Source: Coprobacillaceae bacterium (GTDB taxonomy: Bacteria; Bacillota_I; Bacilli_A; Erysipelotrichales; Coprobacillaceae). From it: a stretch of 32,000 bases of DNA. The position numbers and the translations under genes were made by a program. The notes beneath the pieces are model-generated. The model saw only the letters and a list, made by a program, of their open reading frames with translations, had not been told where the DNA came from and did not search any database. Positions 28,222-32,000 of this stretch are shown here, in pieces (the stretch's first letter is position 1; each line of letters begins with the position of its first letter). The stretch covers positions 630,001 to 662,000 of the forward strand of contig OY780959.1 of assembly GCA_963675915.1 (NCBI GenBank), given 5' to 3'.

Positions 28222-29986
28222 TGTTGATTTCCTCGAATTGAGTCAATAGTTCTTCAAAGTAATTGAAGGCATCATCATAGATGGCATCTTCAAGCGGGTT
28301 GACACCGGCGATTTTCAAGAGATCGACAGGGGCCATCGAACCTCCGGATTTCAAAAACTCAAGGTAATTATGCACCTGATCTTGATTTCCATCCAGGATT
28401 CGTTTGACAATCGCCAGGGCGACAGTCATTCCCAAAGTATATTTATAGACATAGAAGTTATAGTAGAAATGCGGGATATAGTAGCATGAATGACCGGTCA
28501 ATTCATCGAGATTGACCTCTTCACCGTAATAATCTTTGGAAATCTGATGATAGATGTCGGTGATGGTTTTCGAAGAGAGCGGTTCGTCATTGGCTGCTTT
28601 TTGATGGAGTTGATATTCGAAATCGGCGAACATCGGCTGTCTAAACAGCAACCCTACACAGTTTTCCAACTGTTCATAGATGAAATAAGCCTTTTGATTG
28701 TCATCTTCAGCGGTGTTGATCATATGATTGATCAGCAGGGTTTCATTGACAGTTGAAGCGACTTCGGCTACAAAGATCCGGTATGAGGCATTGACATATT
28801 CCTGATTCTTGTTTGACAGGTATGAGTGGACACTGTGGCCTAGTTCATGAATCAAAGTTGAAAGAGAATTGTAGTCATTGATGAAGTTCATCAAGATAAA
28901 TGGTTTGGTATCATAACTTCCTGATGAGTAGGCCCCAGCCCGTTTCTTTTCATGGGGCATGTAGTCGACCCATTTTTCAACGCGGGCCAACTCGATGATC
29001 TTGAGATAATCCTCACCAAGAGGCTTGAGTGATTCGCGGATATGGTCGAAGGCTTCATCGACATCAACTTCGAATTTGCTTTGACTTACAAGTGGGATGT
29101 TCAAATCATAATTGTAGATTTCATCAAATTCCAGAATTTCTTTTTTGATCTTGTTGTATCGGTGGAAAAGAGGCCGGTATTTATGGTTGGCCATTTCCAG
29201 GATTTTCAAAAACAGGCTTGAAGGGACATCGTCTTGGTAAACCGAGGCCTCCAACGGTGATTCGAACTTGCGGATTTTGGCATAAACGGCATCTTTTTTC
29301 ATGATTCCGGCCAATGTGGTCGCAAAGGTGTTTTCGAATTCCTTGTATTTGCCAAAGAAATTATGGTAGGCGCTGACACGGACATCGCGATTTTTGTTTT
29401 TCAAAAATTTCGTCAGGGTTGCGGCATTGAGGAATTCCTCCTTGCCATCGACGATAACCGGATCGAAATCGAAGCGGATACTGTCGAAAACCTTTGATGA
29501 GATTCCGGTGATCGAATCGAACTGGGCAATCAACTCCTCATTGTCTTTGGAAAGAAGATGATCCTTGAATTTGATCACTTCATTGACTGCATAACGGTAA
29601 ACAACAAAGCGGTCTTCTTTGAGATACTCAAGTACCTTTTCGCTGTCGGCGATGATCTTGATGTCGACGAAGTTCAACTCGACATTGGTTTTGTTGGCAA
29701 AAGCCAGCACCGTGGCCATCATTCCCTGGAATTCCTGGTTTTCCGGATCGACATCGCAGGCTAGATGACAGTAGGTATACAGTTTCTCCAGGGTTCTTGA
29801 AAAGACATCCTTGGTTTTCTGGAAAGTATAGAAGTCATCACTTGAATTTGTAAAGGTTGATTCGCTGTTTTTCAAAACTTCGCGCAACTGGTCGACCTTG
29901 ATCAGGTCATCGTTGAAGCGGTCATGATCACAGTAAATACTGCTAAGATCGAATTTGTAAATATTATCTATATCCGTACGTTTCAT
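28208..29986 (-). CDS. pepF: Oligoendopeptidase F (M3B)
   Basis: Zn motif HELGHSVH. Length 592 aa, with typical M3B family length and C-terminal motifs. The 3' end overlaps the ispG start by 14 nt. Confidence 0.9.
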   Translation of the reverse strand: MKRTDIDNIYKFDLSSIYCDHDRFNDDLIKVDQLREVLKNSESTFTNSSDDFYTFQKTKDVFSRTLEKLYTYCHLACDVDPENQEFQGMMATVLAFANKTNVELNFVDIKIIADSEKVLEYLKEDRFVVYRYAVNEVIKFKDHLLSKDNEELIAQFDSITGISSKVFDSIRFDFDPVIVDGKEEFLNAATLTKFLKNKNRDVRVSAYHNFFGKYKEFENTFATTLAGIMKKDAVYAKIRKFESPLEASVYQDDVPSSLFLKILEMANHKYRPLFHRYNKIKKEILEFDEIYNYDLNIPLVSQSKFEVDVDEAFDHIRESLKPLGEDYLKIIELARVEKWVDYMPHEKKRAGAYSSGSYDTKPFILMNFINDYNSLSTLIHELGHSVHSYLSNKNQEYVNASYRIFVAEVASTVNETLLINHMINTAEDDNQKAYFIYEQLENCVGLLFRQPMFADFEYQLHQKAANDEPLSSKTITDIYHQISKDYYGEEVNLDELTGHSCYYIPHFYYNFYVYKYTLGMTVALAIVKRILDGNQDQVHNYLEFLKSGGSMAPVDLLKIAGVNPLEDAIYDDAFNYFEELLTQFEEINNEKK

Positions 29987-29997
29987 ATTTCCTCCTA

Positions 29998-30025
29998 TAA
30001 AAAAAACTCTATCGATTAGATAGAG
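29998..30025 (-). terminator. Short rho-independent terminator after rpsT, immediately upstream of the pepF SD
   Basis: On the - strand: CTCTATC-taatc-GATAGAG followed by U8. The rpsT TAA lies in the loop. The hairpin is only 7 bp and AT-rich, so partial read-through is likely. Confidence 0.65.
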
Positions 30026-30276
30026 TTAACTAGTTTTGCTAATCTAGATTTTTGTCTGCTAGCAGTGTTTTTGTGGTTGATTCCTTTTGTTACTGATGCG
30101 TCTAGTTTAGAAGCAGCTACGTTATATGCAGCCATTGCGTCTTCTTTATTACCAGCTTCAACTGCAGCGTTTACTTTTTTGATTGCAGTTTTTAATGATG
30201 ATTTAAATGAAGCGTTCTTTGCTCTTTTAATATTGTCATTTTTATAACGTTTAATTTGTTGTTTCATGTTAGCCAT
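30016..30276 (-). CDS. rpsT: 30S ribosomal protein S20
   Basis: MANMKQQIKRYKNDNIKRAKNASFKS... is a typical S20 N-terminus. The GGAGGTG SD lies 8 nt before the ATG at 30276. The track's GTG at 30285 sits inside the SD and is rejected. Confidence 0.93.
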   Translation of the reverse strand: MANMKQQIKRYKNDNIKRAKNASFKSSLKTAIKKVNAAVEAGNKEDAMAAYNVAASKLDASVTKGINHKNTASRQKSRLAKLVNSI

Positions 30277-30305
30277 TATTTTCACCTCCGTTAATATGCC
30301 ACTTT

Positions 30306-30334
30306 ATTATACTTAATTATGTTTGCAAATGCAA
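30306..30334 (-). promoter_or_regulatory. Candidate sigma-A promoter of rpsT
   Basis: On the - strand: TTGCAT (30334-30329) -N17- TATAAT (30311-30306). Confidence 0.65.
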
Positions 30335-30426
30335 ATAGTATTTTAATTTTTTCTTATTTTTAACTCTACACTGATATTTTACCATATTTGAGCTTTTGAT
30401 GCGACCTTTAGCTACATTGATATTTC

Positions 30427-30455
30427 TTGTTGTTACTTTGAGCCTATGGTATAAT
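30427..30455 (+). promoter_or_regulatory. Candidate sigma-A promoter of pspA
   Basis: TTGTTG (30427-30432) -N17- TATAAT (30450-30455), with an extended -10 TG (30447-30448). The AGGAGG SD lies at 30471-30476. Confidence 0.65.
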
Positions 30456-30483
30456 CTTTATATGAAAAATAGGAGGTAATCTT

Positions 30484-31161
30484 ATGGGTATTTTAAAAAG
30501 ATTTTCCGACATTATGTCGGCCAATATTAACGCCTTGCTCGACAAGGCTGAAGATCCAGAAAAAATGATTGATCAGTATCTGCGTCAGATGAAAGCTGAC
30601 TATCTTGAAGTCAAAAACGAAACCGCAGTGGTTTTGGCTCAGGAAAAAACTGCAATTCGCAAAGTTGATGAATGCAATGACAAGATCGATTCAATGGTGG
30701 CTTATGCCAAAAAAGCGATTCAGGACAATAATGACAGTGACGCCAAAACATTCTTGAATAAAAAGGCATTCTTGCAAACCAAACTCGAACAGTTGGAAAA
30801 AGAACGTGACCTTGCCAGCTCGAACGCTAAGAAAATGCGTCAGATGCATGATAAGCTTTTTGATGACATCACCAAGCTGGAAGAAAAACGCGAAGTGCTC
30901 AAATCAAAACTCAAAGTTGCCAAAACTCAGGAGAAAATGGCAGACTTAACTTCGAAGTTCTCGGATTCGGTTTCACTGGAAACTTTCGAACAGCTTGAAG
31001 ACAAAATCGATCAACAAGTTGCCAAGGCAGAAGCTATGGCTGAACTCGGGGTTGGAGATGAAGAGGATCTCGATGCCTTGATGGACAAGTATGACGATGA
31101 TAATGAAGACGAAAAAGTAGAAGATGAACTGGCGGCTTTAAAAGCTGAAATGGGGTTATAA
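30484..31161 (+). CDS. pspA: PspA/IM30 (phage-shock protein A / ESCRT-III-like) family protein
   Basis: N-terminus MGILKRFSDIMSANINALLDKAEDPEKMIDQYLRQM is the canonical PspA/IM30 start. The body is a long coiled coil with an acidic C-terminal tail. Confidence 0.9.
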   Translation: MGILKRFSDIMSANINALLDKAEDPEKMIDQYLRQMKADYLEVKNETAVVLAQEKTAIRKVDECNDKIDSMVAYAKKAIQDNNDSDAKTFLNKKAFLQTKLEQLEKERDLASSNAKKMRQMHDKLFDDITKLEEKREVLKSKLKVAKTQEKMADLTSKFSDSVSLETFEQLEDKIDQQVAKAEAMAELGVGDEEDLDALMDKYDDDNEDEKVEDELAALKAEMGL

Positions 31162-32000
31162 TGATGGGATTTTTTTCAAAACAATTTCAAAGCGTCATCG
31201 AGTGGAATGAAACTCGGGACGATGTGATTTTTTTCAAGTGGCAGGACAATGAAATCAAAAAAGATTCCCGACTGATTATCAGACCGGGTCAGGATGCCAT
31301 TTTCCTGCATAACGGTAAGGTCGAAGGGATTTTTGAGGATGAAGGAAGTTATGATGTTGAATCGGAGATCATTCCGTTTTTGACTACGCTCAAATCATTC
31401 AAATTCGGATTCAATACGCCCCTAAGAGCTGAGGTGCTGTTTATCAACACCAAGGAATTTCTGGTCAAATGGGGTACCAAAAATCCAATCAACCTGAAAC
31501 ATCCCCAACTTCCCGGGGGGGTGCCGATTAGATGCTTTGGCACATTTGCCTTCAAAGTCGACGATCGTCAGGTATTCATCGACAAGATTGCCGGAATCCG
31601 TCAGACATTCACAGTGGGTGATGTCAAGGAAAGGATGGTTTCCAATCTTAATCCGTTGTTGATGGCGCAAATTTCCAAAGAAGGTCATGACATGTTCAAT
31701 CTCCAAAGCGATGCAGCAGCCATTGGAAATGGCTTGAAACTGGATTTGGATTATGATCTGCTTAAAATCGGACTTACGGTTACGGATTTTAGAATCGAGA
31801 GTTTCTCATATCCTGAAGAAATTGCCAGAATGCAGACCAAAGTGGCCGGACAGGCAATGGTCAACGACATTCAGCATTATCAAAATATCGCATTGGCTGA
31901 CTCGATGGAAAAAGGGACTGAAGGAAGTATGGCTGGCAGTATGGCTCAGATGCAGGTTGGGATGATGATGGGTCAGCAGATGGTTGCCAATATGAAAGAA
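31161..32000 (+). CDS. SPFH (stomatin/prohibitin/flotillin)-type protein, YdjI-like; 3' end outside the window. Absent from the supplied ORF track
   Basis: My own translation from the ATG at 31161 (overlapping the pspA TAA as TAATG) gives 280 sense codons to the window edge with no stop: MMGFFSKQFQSVIEWNETRDDVIFFKWQDNEIKKDSRLIIRPGQDAIFLHNGKVEGIFEDEGSYDVESEIIPFLTTLKSFKFGFNTPLRAEVLFINTKEF...FRIESFSYPEEIARMQTKVAGQAM... This matches the family I recall as COG4260 / 'virion core protein-like' SPFH proteins that follow pspA in Bacillus. Confidence 0.78.
   Translation, partial: MMGFFSKQFQSVIEWNETRDDVIFFKWQDNEIKKDSRLIIRPGQDAIFLHNGKVEGIFEDEGSYDVESEIIPFLTTLKSFKFGFNTPLRAEVLFINTKEFLVKWGTKNPINLKHPQLPGGVPIRCFGTFAFKVDDRQVFIDKIAGIRQTFTVGDVKERMVSNLNPLLMAQISKEGHDMFNLQSDAAAIGNGLKLDLDYDLLKIGLTVTDFRIESFSYPEEIARMQTKVAGQAMVNDIQHYQNIALADSMEKGTEGSMAGSMAQMQVGMMMGQQMVANMKE

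Noticed and set aside
29940-30061. By hand count the printed bases here seemed 1 nt out of register with the ORF track (pepF start and rpsT stop appeared at 29985 and 30015, and an apparent in-frame TAG appeared in rpsT near 30058-30060)
   Set aside because: The track ORFs are intact, and flanking anchors (29558-29764 and 30065-30247) agree with my counts. I treat this as my own reading or counting error rather than a frameshift. Coordinates of the rpsT terminator are therefore +/-1 nt.
1-32000. Mobile elements, CRISPR arrays, toxin-antitoxin pairs, defence islands, rRNA/tRNA genes
   Set aside because: There are no direct-repeat arrays, no transposase, integrase or recombinase-like ORFs, and no long non-coding gaps that could hold structured RNAs. 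Every ORF longer than 130 aa that is not nested antisense inside an annotated gene has a recognisable housekeeping or transport identity.

Overview
This window is a densely packed, almost entirely housekeeping stretch of a low-to-moderate-GC Bacillota-type chromosome. It uses the standard genetic code (TGA is a stop) and has GGAGG-type Shine-Dalgarno sites and sigma-A-type promoters. By hand tally only about 1 kb is non-coding, and many neighbouring genes overlap by 1-23 nt. I call 28 CDS. In order they are:
- a 5'-truncated YhgE/Pip membrane protein and an EF-G2-like GTPase
- an acetylase-branch diaminopimelate operon (dapF-dapH-dapL plus a class-III aminotransferase)
- an OmpR/HisKA two-component pair and a C39-peptidase ABC exporter
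- ybeY-cdd-era-recO-ygiQ-alpha/beta hydrolase
- glyQS-dnaG-sigA-trmK-nif3
- ispH (-), cshB-nfo (+), and ispG-pepF-rpsT (-)
- pspA plus a 3'-truncated SPFH (YdjI-like) gene that the ORF track lacks because it has no stop in the window

The order ybeY...era-recO...gly-tRNA ligase-dnaG-sigA-trmK-nif3-ispH-cshB-nfo...ispG matches what I recall of the B. subtilis yqf region, so this is core chromosome rather than an island. I found no rRNA, tRNA, CRISPR array, transposase, integrase or phage gene.

I do not see a convincing wholly new multi-gene system. The leads worth a second look are:
1. An orphan peptidase-ABC exporter with an intact protease triad but degenerate ATPase motifs. It has no substrate or accessory gene and appears fused transcriptionally to the ybeY-era operon.
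2. An alpha/beta hydrolase whose nucleophile Ser is replaced by Gln, translationally linked to the uncharacterised radical-SAM gene ygiQ.
3. An EF-G2 paralog with both guanine-recognition motifs (G4 and G5) degenerate.
4. An ArgD-like aminotransferase embedded in the dapH/dapL operon.
5. A terminator-like hairpin, not a T-box, in the glyQS leader.
6. pepF-ispG lying behind the rpsT terminator with no room for a promoter.
7. A compact pspA-SPFH pair.

All functional calls come from motif and family recognition by eye. No database search was run. Hand-placed RNA and promoter coordinates are +/-1-2 nt.
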